Below, piece after piece: positions 17,431 to 26,753 of a DNA stretch of 64,000 nt. The translations under genes were made by a program, and so were the position numbers. The notes under the pieces were generated by a model that saw only the letters and a list, made by a program, of their open reading frames with translations, was not told the origin of the DNA and ran no database searches. How positions within the stretch are numbered: position 1 is the first letter of the stretch; the number at the start of each line of letters is the position of its first letter. The DNA is from Acidobacteriaceae bacterium (GTDB lineage: Bacteria > Acidobacteriota > Terriglobia > Terriglobales > Acidobacteriaceae): the NCBI GenBank assembly GCA_027449965.1, contig DAIDKP010000009.1, positions 2,753 to 66,752 of the forward strand, given 5' to 3'.

Positions 17431-20314
17431 GGATAGGATTCCTTATGAGCGGAAATTCAAGAGAAAATGTCGTGCCGACACCGAGTGTGCTTTCGACGGC
17501 GATCTTGCCGGAGTGTTCCTGAATAATTCCATAGGTCACAGCAAGTCCCAGGCCGGTGCCGCGTCGTTCGCCGGGCTTGGGCGCGGATTTGGTGGTAAAA
17601 AACGGGTCGTAGATACGCTTCAGATGTTCCGGAGCGATGCCGGAGCCGGTGTCGGTGATGCGTGCCTCCACATGTCCGTTGCCCAGGGTCGCCACGGTCA
17701 GACGACCACCCTGCGGCATGGCGTCGCGAGCGTTCAGCAGCAGATTCAGAAAGACCTGTTGCAGCTTGCCGGGGTTTCCCTGAATTGGTGGAAGTGAGAC
17801 GTCCAGCGCCAGTTCCAACTCGATGCGCGCGGTCTTCATCGGGTGCTCGATAAGCGCTACGGTATCGCGAATGACCTGGTTCAGATCGGTTTCACGAAAC
17901 TCGGTGGTGCTGGTGCGGGAGAAATTCAACAGCCCGCTGGCAATCTCGGAGGCGCGAAAGGTCTGCTGTGTGATTCGCTCCAGCAGCGGAGCCAGGCGAG
18001 CATCGTCACGCACCTGCTTGGTGAGCATCTGCGTGTAGGAACTGATGACGGCCAGCGGCGTGTTGATCTCGTGCGCGACCCCGGCGGCGAGAAGGCCGAT
18101 GGAGCTGAGCTTGTCGGCCTGTGTGAGCTGGTTTTCGAGCGCAATACGTTCCGTGATGTCGTCGACCAGGATGATGCGTCCGACGGCAACAAAGTCGCGG
18201 CTCATCAGCGGCGCAATGGCGATATTGGCTATGCGCGACTCTCCGGCGCGGCTGGTCAGCCGAAACTTGTAGAGATGGTGGACGCCGGGTTCGTCGCGGA
18301 ATCGATGGAAGGACTCCATGAACTCAGGCGGAAAGACCGCGGTGAGCGACTGCCCGATCGCTTCGCTGCGGCTGAGGGCATACATCGCTTCCATCTGCGC
18401 ATTCCAGCTTTCAATGCGGTCTTCGAGATCGACGGCCAGAATGCCGACGTTCGTCGATTCCACGATATTTTCATTGAACTCCTTGAGCCGCTCGAACTCG
18501 GCAATCTGTTTCTCCAGCCGCGCGTAGAGGCTGGCGTTCTGCAGCGCAATGCCGATGTAGCTGGCCAGCGACTCCAGCAGCTCCACATCTTCGCTGGAGA
18601 GAAAATCGCCGCCGATGGTGCGCCCCAGCCCAATGACGGCGATGGTGCGCGAGCGAGCGCCGTCCGAGACAAGGCAGGGGAGGTAGTAGTTCAGATCGAG
18701 CAGGGAGACGGTAGACTGCTGCGCCAGTGGAAGGTGCAGCGTCTGCTGCGTGTTCTCAAAGAAGATGTGCGTGCGGCGCTCGTCGGTGCGGTCGGCATCC
18801 GGAGTATCGAAGTCCAGAAAGCCCAGATCCAGCGTCGTCGAGCTGAGCGAAGCATCCATGCCGTGGCTGCGCGCCAGGCGAAAACCACCCTCGGGCGCCG
18901 TCAAAAAGACGGCCACGCGAGCCACCAGCAGCGCGCGCGGCAGCCGCTCGACGATCGAACGCAGCAGGGCGTCCAGATCGGTCTCCGAGCTGAGTCCGCG
19001 GCCAAACTCCACCAGCGCGTGGCGATAGTCATAGCGATGCCGGTCAAAGACCTGATCGACCCATGTCTGGAAGCGGCGCTTGAGCGGATCGAAAAGCTGC
19101 GCGGTGAGCAGGATGGTGAAGACCAGTCCCCACTCGCGAACGGCCTCGGGCAGATAGTTGTGAACACGTTCGGAGATGAGCGCGACGATACCGAAGTAGA
19201 CGGCGACCAGCGTTCCCGTGGCCAGCGTGTAGGCCATGCCGCGCTTGAAGATCAAGTCCGTATCCATAAGCCGATAACGGACGATGGCCCAGGCAAAGGT
19301 GAGCGGCAGAAAGACCAGCGTCAGCTCGGCAATCTTCTGCAAGACATTGTTGATCGGCACGCCCAGCAGGAAGGGAATGGCGTAAAGCGTAGTGAAGGGA
19401 AGCACAGCCAGCAAAGTGCCGCGCGTGAGCCACTTCAACTGCTGGCGGAGCAGGGGTGTGTTGGCGTGGCGATAGCTGCGCAGGAAAAGCGCCGCCGAAA
19501 GCACAAAGCTGAGTGCGACGTATCCGGTGGATATTTGATCGAGGCGCAGGCGCAGCGCAAAGGTGGCCTGCCAGAAGAGCAGGGCAAACGCCTGAAGCGC
19601 GATGACCGCCACGGCCGGAGCATAAAGAAACGGGACAAGCCAGCCACGACGGCTGCGGCGCAGTCGCTCCTCAGGAAAGACGAGAGCAAAGTGAAGGAAA
19701 AGCGCCGGCTGAAGAGCGCCAGCGACGATGTTGCCCCAGTAGATGGTCCAGTCCAGCGCATCGAGCTGGCCGGTGTAATGGAAAGCATTCAGCGCAAAGG
19801 ATGTGAGACAGAAGAGGTAAAAATGCGTGGCCCGCGGCGCGGTCCAGCGGCGAAACAGGACATAAAGCCCAATGGCAAGATAGATCAGTCCAATGGCGCG
19901 GGCAAGCTGCCGAAGGCTGGTGTCTGCCGGAATGGGAATGACGACGACAGGCGCGTCCAGAGCGATGCCGCGGCGGATGATGGTGTAGTTGGCCTTGCCA
20001 TAGACGTCGGTGTGCTTCAGCTCGCGGTCAAAGTCGGCGGCGATTTCAACAGGATGGTTGTTGACGGCGATCAGCAGGTCGCCCGGCTCGATTCCGGCCA
20101 GCGCTCCCGGTCCACCCGGGCGAACGTGCTCTGCGACCAGCCCATCCACGGCTTGACCGCTGGCAATCGCGGAGACTTCGGTCCACTGAACGCCGTCGTC
20201 CGGCTGCTGATACTGCGATTCCTGAAGGAAGTTGAAGACCGCAAGAATAACCAGCGCCACGGTAGAGATGGCAAGCACGGTGGCCAGAAGCCGGTTATAT
20301 CGGTGGGTTTCCAT
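17423..20314 (-). CDS. Membrane sensor histidine kinase: PDZ + multi-TM + GAF + PAS + HisKA/HATPase
   Basis: HVRPGGPGALAGIEPGDLLIAVN (PDZ); several TM helices; GVAHEINTPL H-box; QVFLNLLLNA, DTGSGI, DPFFTTK, GTGLGL. ATG 20314 preferred over TTG 20329. Confidence 0.9.
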   Translation of the reverse strand: METHRYNRLLATVLAISTVALVILAVFNFLQESQYQQPDDGVQWTEVSAIASGQAVDGLVAEHVRPGGPGALAGIEPGDLLIAVNNHPVEIAADFDRELKHTDVYGKANYTIIRRGIALDAPVVVIPIPADTSLRQLARAIGLIYLAIGLYVLFRRWTAPRATHFYLFCLTSFALNAFHYTGQLDALDWTIYWGNIVAGALQPALFLHFALVFPEERLRRSRRGWLVPFLYAPAVAVIALQAFALLFWQATFALRLRLDQISTGYVALSFVLSAALFLRSYRHANTPLLRQQLKWLTRGTLLAVLPFTTLYAIPFLLGVPINNVLQKIAELTLVFLPLTFAWAIVRYRLMDTDLIFKRGMAYTLATGTLVAVYFGIVALISERVHNYLPEAVREWGLVFTILLTAQLFDPLKRRFQTWVDQVFDRHRYDYRHALVEFGRGLSSETDLDALLRSIVERLPRALLVARVAVFLTAPEGGFRLARSHGMDASLSSTTLDLGFLDFDTPDADRTDERRTHIFFENTQQTLHLPLAQQSTVSLLDLNYYLPCLVSDGARSRTIAVIGLGRTIGGDFLSSEDVELLESLASYIGIALQNASLYARLEKQIAEFERLKEFNENIVESTNVGILAVDLEDRIESWNAQMEAMYALSRSEAIGQSLTAVFPPEFMESFHRFRDEPGVHHLYKFRLTSRAGESRIANIAIAPLMSRDFVAVGRIILVDDITERIALENQLTQADKLSSIGLLAAGVAHEINTPLAVISSYTQMLTKQVRDDARLAPLLERITQQTFRASEIASGLLNFSRTSTTEFRETDLNQVIRDTVALIEHPMKTARIELELALDVSLPPIQGNPGKLQQVFLNLLLNARDAMPQGGRLTVATLGNGHVEARITDTGSGIAPEHLKRIYDPFFTTKSAPKPGERRGTGLGLAVTYGIIQEHSGKIAVESTLGVGTTFSLEFPLIRNPIHA

Positions 20315-20338
20315 ATATAGTCTGAACAAATCGCTTCA

Positions 20339-20354
20339 TGCACGTTTCGTGCCA
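20339..20354 (-). promoter_or_regulatory. sigma54 (-24/-12) promoter of the kinase-regulator operon
   Basis: TGGCACG-AAAC-GTGCA versus consensus TGGCACG-N4-TTGCW, one mismatch, correct spacing. Confidence 0.7.
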
Positions 20355-20544
20355 CTGTCGGGCCACCCGAAGCTGCTCCGCGACGACAGGGATATATCTG
20401 TCTGATTACAAGAGTCTTATTCTGCATTACCCGTTGTAATAAAAGGCTTCAGCGACAGTGCCTGGCGTTCCATGGGCGATGGTTACTCCTTGCTATCTAT
20501 TATTAAATGAATGTGGCTATGTTTTTCCATAGTGAGTTGCGGTT

Positions 20545-21270
20545 TCATACACTTGCAGGGGACTTTTGGCCGTAGGTTGCGTTGGGACCATGTTTGCGGC
20601 GGTGATGATGAGCGGCGATGTACTCCGGCAGTGAGTCTGCGTGAAGACCGAGCAGGGTGGTGCGCCAGGCCAGCCGCGCGATGAACTCGAGCAGGTCGGC
20701 GTGTTCGACTGCCTCGGCGGCTGTTGCGCCCCAGGCAAAGGGAGCGTGCCCGGCGACGAGGACGCCGGGTGTGGAGACGGGATCAAGGCCGTCGCGAGCA
20801 AAGAGTGCAGTGATGAGCCGACCTGTCTCCAACACATAGCCGCTGCGCACGGCAGGCTCGGTGAGGTAGCCGGTGACGGGAACGGTGGTGTGAAAGTAGT
20901 CCGCGTGTGTGGTTCCCAGGCAGGGAATGGATTTGCCGGCCTGCGCCCAGACGGTGGCAAACTCGGAGTGGGTGTGGACGATGCCGCCGATCTGAGGGAA
21001 AGCGCGGTAGAGTTCCAGGTGCGTGTCGAGGTCGCTGGAGGGTCGCAGCGTGCCTTCGACGAGGGTTCCGTCGAGGTGAGTGAGCACCAGGTCGGCGGAT
21101 GTGAGCGCGGCGTAGGGTACGCCGCTGGGCTTGATGGCGACGATGGGCTGACCGCCGTCGGCGGGGCGATGAATGCCGCTGGCGTTGCCAAAGGTGTGCA
21201 GCGCAAGGCCACGCGCGGCAATCTGACGATTGGCTTCAAGAACCTGTGTGCGAAGTTCGGGCAGCAGCAT
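20545..21270 (-). CDS. araD: L-ribulose-5-phosphate 4-epimerase (class II aldolase fold)
   Basis: TFGNASG, IKPSGV, PSSDLDTH, GGIVHTHS, GTTHADYF, LVAGHAPFAWG, KHGPNATYGQ; SD GGAG. Confidence 0.92.
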   Translation of the reverse strand: MLLPELRTQVLEANRQIAARGLALHTFGNASGIHRPADGGQPIVAIKPSGVPYAALTSADLVLTHLDGTLVEGTLRPSSDLDTHLELYRAFPQIGGIVHTHSEFATVWAQAGKSIPCLGTTHADYFHTTVPVTGYLTEPAVRSGYVLETGRLITALFARDGLDPVSTPGVLVAGHAPFAWGATAAEAVEHADLLEFIARLAWRTTLLGLHADSLPEYIAAHHHRRKHGPNATYGQKSPASV

Positions 21271-21401
21271 GGAATCTCCGGTTTTTTGTGAAGTACGGAC
21301 AGTGAGGCTTGAATGTTCCCGTAGAAAAGTGTAGCAGTTGGGCAAAGCAGGACTGTGAGCAGAGCAGGTGGCAGACAGCCTAGGAAAAAGCTGCACAGGG
21401 A

Positions 21402-21431
21402 TGTAATCGCGCGGGCAGTTGGGTCGTCTGA
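21402..21431 (+). promoter_or_regulatory. Candidate ECF promoter of cassette 2
   Basis: TGTAAT-N18-GTCTGA, 10 nt upstream of ATG 21442. Confidence 0.4.
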
Positions 21432-21441
21432 TACAAGTGAG

Positions 21442-22029
21442 ATGGCAACGACAAACCCAACATGGAATGGATTTGGCGGGCGATGGATGGCGATGAGTGA
21501 AGCGCCGGAACGGGCGAGTTTTGAAGACGTGGCGCGGGAGTACAGGCCACAGGTGTTTCGGTTTCTGCTTTCTTCGCTGCGCGATCCAGAGTTGGCCGAG
21601 ACGCTGACTCAGGAGTGCCTGCTGAAGGCATATCGCAATTGGGCGGGATTCCGCGGCGATTCGCAGGTGCTGACGTGGCTGCTGCGGATAGCCATCAATC
21701 TGCAGAAAGACCAGTGGCGCAATCGGCGACTGCAGTTCTGGCGTCAGACGACGGCGAACGCAGTGGATGCGGGTGAAGCAGCCAACTGGCTGGCCAGCGA
21801 AGGCTCTACGCCGGAAGCGCAGGTGATGGCGAAACAGCAGGTTAAGCTGGTGTGGAAGGCCGTGGAGAAGCTGAGTGAACGGCAGCGAACGGTCTTTTTG
21901 CTACGACACGTGGAGGAGATGGAGATTGCCGAGATCGCTGAAGCAACCGGGTTGAGCGACGGCACGGTGAAGGCGCATCTGTCGCGGGCCATGGGGCGCG
22001 TGCGCGAAGAACTGGGGGGACGACGATGA
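21442..22029 (+). CDS. ECF RNA polymerase sigma factor (cassette 2)
   Basis: LAETLTQECLLKAY, LTWLLRIAIN; LSERQRTVFLLRHVEEMEIAEIAEATG...TVKAHLSRA. Start could be 21484 or 21493. Confidence 0.9.
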   Translation: MATTNPTWNGFGGRWMAMSEAPERASFEDVAREYRPQVFRFLLSSLRDPELAETLTQECLLKAYRNWAGFRGDSQVLTWLLRIAINLQKDQWRNRRLQFWRQTTANAVDAGEAANWLASEGSTPEAQVMAKQQVKLVWKAVEKLSERQRTVFLLRHVEEMEIAEIAEATGLSDGTVKAHLSRAMGRVREELGGRR

Positions 22030-22616
22030 ACCACGAGAGAAGCAACGAACGGATACAGGTCTCCGACGAGCAATTGGAGCAGGCCATCGCCAGCTTTCGG
22101 CAAAGCGTGAAGAACTGGAGCGAGCAGGAGCACGCGGCAGCGCGCGCTGCGGGACTGGCGTCGCAGTCCCGTGGCAGGGGTATGGGTCGGTTCGGAAGCG
22201 GGTTCGGAGGCTGGTTTTGGGTGAGTGCTGGAACCGTGGTCGCGTCATGTGCGGTGGCTGTGGTGATGGCGGCCGGGCATGGCAGCGGCACGATGCAGCA
22301 GGCGCGCGAGGTTGAGCGGGTGCTCACTCGGTCGGGTCAGGCTCAATCGGGTCAGGCTCTGCAGATGGAGGCGCAGCAGGCACAGCCGATGAAGCCTGTA
22401 AGCGCGATGGAGCAGCCGAACCCGCAGACAGATGCGCGGACGGCTACGCTGGCTGAAGCTCTGTCCGAGCGGACGTCGCGGCGCGTGAAAGCGATGCAGG
22501 CGGCGGATGACTCCGACGATGCCCTGCTGGCGGCTGTGGACAACGATATTTCGCAGGGAACGGCGAAAGCGCTGGCTCCCATGGCGGACTGGATGGGCGA
22601 CTCTGCAAACCGGTAA
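22026..22616 (+). CDS. Putative non-zinc transmembrane anti-sigma factor
   Basis: ATGA overlap with the ECF gene, short cytoplasmic N-terminus, one TM segment, no HxxxCxxC. Confidence 0.55.
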   Translation: MNHERSNERIQVSDEQLEQAIASFRQSVKNWSEQEHAAARAAGLASQSRGRGMGRFGSGFGGWFWVSAGTVVASCAVAVVMAAGHGSGTMQQAREVERVLTRSGQAQSGQALQMEAQQAQPMKPVSAMEQPNPQTDARTATLAEALSERTSRRVKAMQAADDSDDALLAAVDNDISQGTAKALAPMADWMGDSANR

Positions 22617-22619
22617 TTC

Positions 22620-23285
22620 ATGCGGACGATGGAGGCGGATACGCAGGCACTTCCGACGTATGGCACAAAGACAAGGATGATTGCGATGAGACGCGGATGG
22701 ATGATGGTTGCATGGTTGATGGGAAGTATTCTGTGCGGCGGACAGGCGCTGCTGGCGCAGGCTGGCAATGGCCCGCTGATGGGGCTTGGATTGCAAGGCA
22801 AGTGGTGGAGTCGGCCCGCGCTGGTGCGGCGGCTGGGCCTGACGCCGGAGCAACAGACAAAGATGGACGACATTCTGCAACAGCATCGGTTGCAGTTGGT
22901 GGATCTGCGGGCCAATCTGCAGAAGGCGGAGATTGAGCTGGAGCCATTGGTGAATGCCGAGGTGCCGAACGATGAACAGGTGCTGGCACAGGTGAAGAGT
23001 GTGGCTGAGGCGCGTGCGCAACTGGAAGTGGCCAACGCGCGATTGCTGCTGGCGATTCGGCGTCAGTTGACGCCTGCGCAGTGGCAGCAGATGCGGCAGT
23101 TGATCGCCGAGCGGCGAGATCAGATGCAGCAGATGCGCACGAACCAGATGCAGCACATGATGAACGATCCGCGCATGAGTGGCGCGCGCATGAACACGAT
23201 GCAGAATGGGAGCGATGGCGGTCCAGATGGAGCCAATCTGCCGCTTGTTCCCCAGGGTGGCAGCACCGCTCCGCCCCAGCCGTAA
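22620..23285 (+). CDS. Spy/CpxP-like (LTXXQ) periplasmic protein
   Basis: Signal peptide; WW..P...LGLTPEQ and QLTPAQW motifs; Met/Gln-rich tail. Start may be about 22677. Confidence 0.8.
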   Translation: MRTMEADTQALPTYGTKTRMIAMRRGWMMVAWLMGSILCGGQALLAQAGNGPLMGLGLQGKWWSRPALVRRLGLTPEQQTKMDDILQQHRLQLVDLRANLQKAEIELEPLVNAEVPNDEQVLAQVKSVAEARAQLEVANARLLLAIRRQLTPAQWQQMRQLIAERRDQMQQMRTNQMQHMMNDPRMSGARMNTMQNGSDGGPDGANLPLVPQGGSTAPPQP

Positions 23286-23428
23286 CGCAGGCGCATTGCG
23301 GCTTGCGGTGAGAGATGTTCTGAAAAATCGAGTTTGTCCGGAAGCATGACCGGGCAAAGACAGCGCTGCAGGCGTTACGCTTCCGGTGTCTGTCGGCTGT
23401 ACTAAAAACAAGCAAAGCAGAGAGCATT

Positions 23429-23457
23429 GCGGTGGCCAAACGGTCACCGCGTTTTTT
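23429..23457 (+). terminator. Intrinsic terminator after ECF cassette 2
   Basis: GCGGTGGCC-AAAC-GGTCACCGC followed by GTTTTTT. Confidence 0.7.
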
Positions 23458-24877
23458 CCACTGCGGATTCCGTAGCTGTGAGCAGCAGGCGCAGGTCGCG
23501 GAGGTTGTTGCCGGTGGGGCCGGTGACGACGGCGTCGCCGAGCGCGTTGAAAAGCGGCCAGGCGTTGCAGTCGTCAAGCGCGGCCTCGGGGTCAAGCTCA
23601 TGGGCGCGAGCGCGTGAGAAGGTGGCTGCATCGGCGATGGCTCCGGCGGCGGGGCTGATGCCGTCGATGCCATCGGTGCCCGCGCTGAGCACAACGGTGG
23701 TCGCGCAGGCCTCGGTGCTGAGCAGGCGCGCGGCTTCCAGCGCAAACTGCTGGTTGCGTCCGCCGCTGCCCGGCGCGACGGGCAGCGTGACGGTAACTTC
23801 GCCGGTCGAGATGAGGCAGGCGCGCGCAGCGGTGGCGGACAACGGCTGCAGGCGCGTGAGCAGATACGGCGCGGCCTGAGCGTAGTCCCAGTCATCGCAG
23901 TGGTTGTCGACGGTGACGGTGTAGCCGAGAGCCTGCGCGTGGCGCGTGGCGGAGCGGGCAAGATCGTCTGTAGAGAGCAGCAGGTCATGAAAGCAGCGAG
24001 CCGGATCAAGTTGTGATTCGGCTCGAGGGGTGGGCTGCGTGGCGCGGCGAGTTAAGCGCTCAAAAAAACTGCGAACGGCGGGCGGAAACTGCGGCAGCAG
24101 GCGATAGTGCTCAAGCAGCGCCGCGACCGCGGCAGGCGTGTGGGACGACGGCAGCGTGGGGCCGGAGGCAAGCGCATCGAGCGCATCAGCGGGAACGTCG
24201 GAGACGAGCAGGGAGTATTGTGTCGCGTGGGCTGCGGCTGCGGCGAGGCGACCCCCTTTGACGGCGGAAAATGCCTGGCGGATGGCGTTGAGTTCGGCGA
24301 TGGGCGCGCCGCAGCCGACCAGCGCCTGATGAAACCGGCGCGTCTCTTCGAGTGAGATTGCCGGATCCAGCGGAAGCTCGCAAAGCGCCGAGCCGCCGCC
24401 AGAGATGAGAAAAAAGACAAGCGTCTCTGCCGTAGCGGAACGGAGCAGATCGAGCGCGGCGAGCGCAGCGGCGAAGGAGTCGGCATTGGGCAGCGGATGG
24501 CCTGCCGCGAAGCAGACGATGCTCGGATGAGGATGCGCAGGAAAAGCAGGCGCGGCGCATACGCCGCGCAGATCGTGTGTGGAATGGATGTTGGCGGGAA
24601 GCTGATCCATCAGCGCATCGAGCATGGGAACAGCGGCTTTGCCGAGCGCGATGATGAGGATGCGTGGGAAACGCCGCAGGTCGATTTCGGTGGGTGCAAC
24701 CGCGATCAGAGGGATTGTGGCCGGGCTGGCGGTTGTGCGGAGACGATGGAGCGTCGATGCCTCGCAATGCAGCGCGCGTTGAAAGGCTGCTGAAATGGAG
24801 CATTCGGCAAGCGTGGCGCGAAAGATGGCCAGCGCGTCGGCGCGAAGTCGGGTCTGGATTGCCGCGGGGTTCGTCAT
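23444..24877 (-). CDS. Glycerate 2-kinase (DUF4147/MOFRL family)
   Basis: LGKAA, GHPLP, LISGGGSAL, VKGGRL, SDV...ASGPT, GEVTV, GGRNQ, GTDGIDG, TGPTGNNLRD. Start MTNP at 24877 overlaps the upstream stop (ATGA). Confidence 0.9.
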   Translation of the reverse strand: MTNPAAIQTRLRADALAIFRATLAECSISAAFQRALHCEASTLHRLRTTASPATIPLIAVAPTEIDLRRFPRILIIALGKAAVPMLDALMDQLPANIHSTHDLRGVCAAPAFPAHPHPSIVCFAAGHPLPNADSFAAALAALDLLRSATAETLVFFLISGGGSALCELPLDPAISLEETRRFHQALVGCGAPIAELNAIRQAFSAVKGGRLAAAAAHATQYSLLVSDVPADALDALASGPTLPSSHTPAAVAALLEHYRLLPQFPPAVRSFFERLTRRATQPTPRAESQLDPARCFHDLLLSTDDLARSATRHAQALGYTVTVDNHCDDWDYAQAAPYLLTRLQPLSATAARACLISTGEVTVTLPVAPGSGGRNQQFALEAARLLSTEACATTVVLSAGTDGIDGISPAAGAIADAATFSRARAHELDPEAALDDCNAWPLFNALGDAVVTGPTGNNLRDLRLLLTATESAVEKTR

Positions 24878-25623
24878 AAGGCGGAGGATGTTGTGCGCTG
24901 TATGAGCGGCAGCGTGGCGAGCCAGTCGCGGATGGCCTGCTGCATGGCGTCGAGATGCCCGGTGAAGAAGTGATCGGCGTCGGGAATGAGGCGAAGCTGC
25001 GCGTGCGGCGCGGCGAGCGCGATGGTGGCGGCGAGCGCCTGGGGCGAAGCGAAGCTGTCCTGAGCGCCGGAGAGAAACAGGCTGGGCAGGCTCCAGTGAG
25101 CCAGCTGCGGATAAGCGTACTGCTGATTGGGCGAGCGTAGCGGCAGGCCCAGCGCGAGACAGGCGCAGACCGAGCGATGCGTGGCGGCAACGGCGAGCGT
25201 GATGGCTGCGCCGAAGGAAAATCCCGCGGCGAGGATGGGCCGATGTGTCTGCGTGTCGGGTAGCGGAAATTCGTCGTGCCTTGCCTTTTCGAGCTTTGTT
25301 TTTTCGAGCCAAGTGAGCGCTGCGGCCAGGTCGTCGGCTTCGGCGTGGCCGTCATGTGTGCCTTCGCTGAGGCCAACGCCGCGAAAGTTGAAGCGCAGCG
25401 TGGGCCAGCCGAGATCGCGAAAGACGCGCGCGGCGTGGTAGACGACCTTGTTGTGCATGGAGCCGCCGCCGAGCGGGTGGGGGTGCGCGAGGACGACAGA
25501 ACAAGGCGCGGAAGCATGGCCGGGATCGAGCAGCGCTTCCAGACGCCCGGCGGGTCCATCGATGAAGAATGTCCGCAGTGTGGGAGGAACGGCAGGCGTC
25601 CGAGATTCCGTGTGTGAGTCCAT
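24874..25623 (-). CDS. Alpha/beta hydrolase (XCC0279/AT2-like family)
   Basis: GPAGRLEA, HPHPLGGGSMHNKVV, RFNFRGVG.S.G, GFSFGA nucleophile elbow, ADHFF. TATCAT-N7-ATG at 25623. Confidence 0.85.
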   Translation of the reverse strand: MDSHTESRTPAVPPTLRTFFIDGPAGRLEALLDPGHASAPCSVVLAHPHPLGGGSMHNKVVYHAARVFRDLGWPTLRFNFRGVGLSEGTHDGHAEADDLAAALTWLEKTKLEKARHDEFPLPDTQTHRPILAAGFSFGAAITLAVAATHRSVCACLALGLPLRSPNQQYAYPQLAHWSLPSLFLSGAQDSFASPQALAATIALAAPHAQLRLIPDADHFFTGHLDAMQQAIRDWLATLPLIQRTTSSAL

Positions 25624-25700
25624 GAGGAAGATGATAGCGCCGGAACGAGCGCAAGCGCGGGCTGCGATATGCTGGCAGGGAGAATGCAAAGCAGGGAGCG

Positions 25701-26735
25701 GTGATGACGAGCGAAGTGGATGCGTTGGCGCTGACGCGCGAGCTGGTGAAGATTGAATCGACCACCTACAACGAAGGCGATGTGATGGAGTTTGTAGCCG
25801 AGTGGCTGCGCGAGCGAGCGTGGCTGGTGGAGACGATGGAGGTTCCGCAGCCTGCCGAGAGTGGGAACTCGGCGCGGCGGTGCAATGTCTATGCCGGACC
25901 GCGTGTGGGCGCGCCGGAGCTGGTGTTTTCGACGCATCTCGATACTGTGCCGCCGTATGTGGCGCTGCGCGAGGATGAAGAGTTTTTGTATGGACGCGGA
26001 GTGTGCGACGCGAAGGGAATTGCCGCGGCGCAGATTGCGGCTGCCGAGCGTCTGCGCGCGCAGGGTTTCGCCGTGGGATTGCTGTTTGTGGCGGGCGAGG
26101 AGCGCGACTCCGCAGGGGCCAAGGTGGCCAACGAGCAGGCCAGGGGCAGTCGATGGCTGATTAACGGTGAGCCGACCGACAATTGCCTTGCGGTTGCCTC
26201 CAAAGGCGCGCTGCGAGCGGTGGTGCGCGCCTCGGGAAGGATGGCGCATTCGGCGTATCCGGAGCTGGGCGAGTCGGCGGTGCATAAGCTGGTGGAGGCG
26301 CTGGGTCGTATGATGGCGATTCCGCTGCCGGTGACCGAGGACGTAGGCGAGAGCACGCTGAACATTGGGCAGATTGCCGGTGGACGCGCGCCGAATGTGA
26401 TTGCCGACGAGGCCAGTGCACAGGTGCTGGTACGGCTGGTGGGCGACTCCGCCGAGACGCGTGCGGCGTTGGTGGAAGCTGCGGCGGGATGTGCGGAGAT
26501 TGAGTTTCCGCTGGAGATTCCCTTTGTCCGGCTGCGCACGATCGAGGGGTTTCCGACGATGGTGGCGAAGTTTACGACGGATATTCCGCAGTTGACGAAG
26601 TGGGGCGAGCCGCTACTGCTGGGGCCGGGATCGATCCATGTGGCGCACACGCCTCACGAGAAGATTGCCAAGCGCGAACTGGTGGAGGCTGTGGACTTGT
26701 ATGAGTCGCTGGCCAGGAGACTGCTGACGAAGTGA
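25701..26735 (+). CDS. M20 family metallohydrolase (ArgE/DapE-like deacylase)
   Basis: STHLDTV, GRGVCDAKG, GEE, GEPT, GRMAHS, GPGSI..AH. Confidence 0.88.
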   Translation: MMTSEVDALALTRELVKIESTTYNEGDVMEFVAEWLRERAWLVETMEVPQPAESGNSARRCNVYAGPRVGAPELVFSTHLDTVPPYVALREDEEFLYGRGVCDAKGIAAAQIAAAERLRAQGFAVGLLFVAGEERDSAGAKVANEQARGSRWLINGEPTDNCLAVASKGALRAVVRASGRMAHSAYPELGESAVHKLVEALGRMMAIPLPVTEDVGESTLNIGQIAGGRAPNVIADEASAQVLVRLVGDSAETRAALVEAAAGCAEIEFPLEIPFVRLRTIEGFPTMVAKFTTDIPQLTKWGEPLLLGPGSIHVAHTPHEKIAKRELVEAVDLYESLARRLLTK

Positions 26736-26753
26736 GCCGCTTTGCCTGACGGA

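Noticed and set aside
17843-20320. 825-aa plus-strand ORF, and similar long antisense ORFs at 2519-4030, 37970-40897, 59709-61025 and 33329-34225
   Set aside because: Mirror-frame shadows of well-supported genes, expected from high-GC codon bias; no recognisable motifs.
23444-25312. 622-aa ORF suggesting an N-terminally extended glycerate kinase
   Set aside because: The extension overlaps the alpha/beta hydrolase in another frame; an ATGA-coupled start at 24877 explains it.
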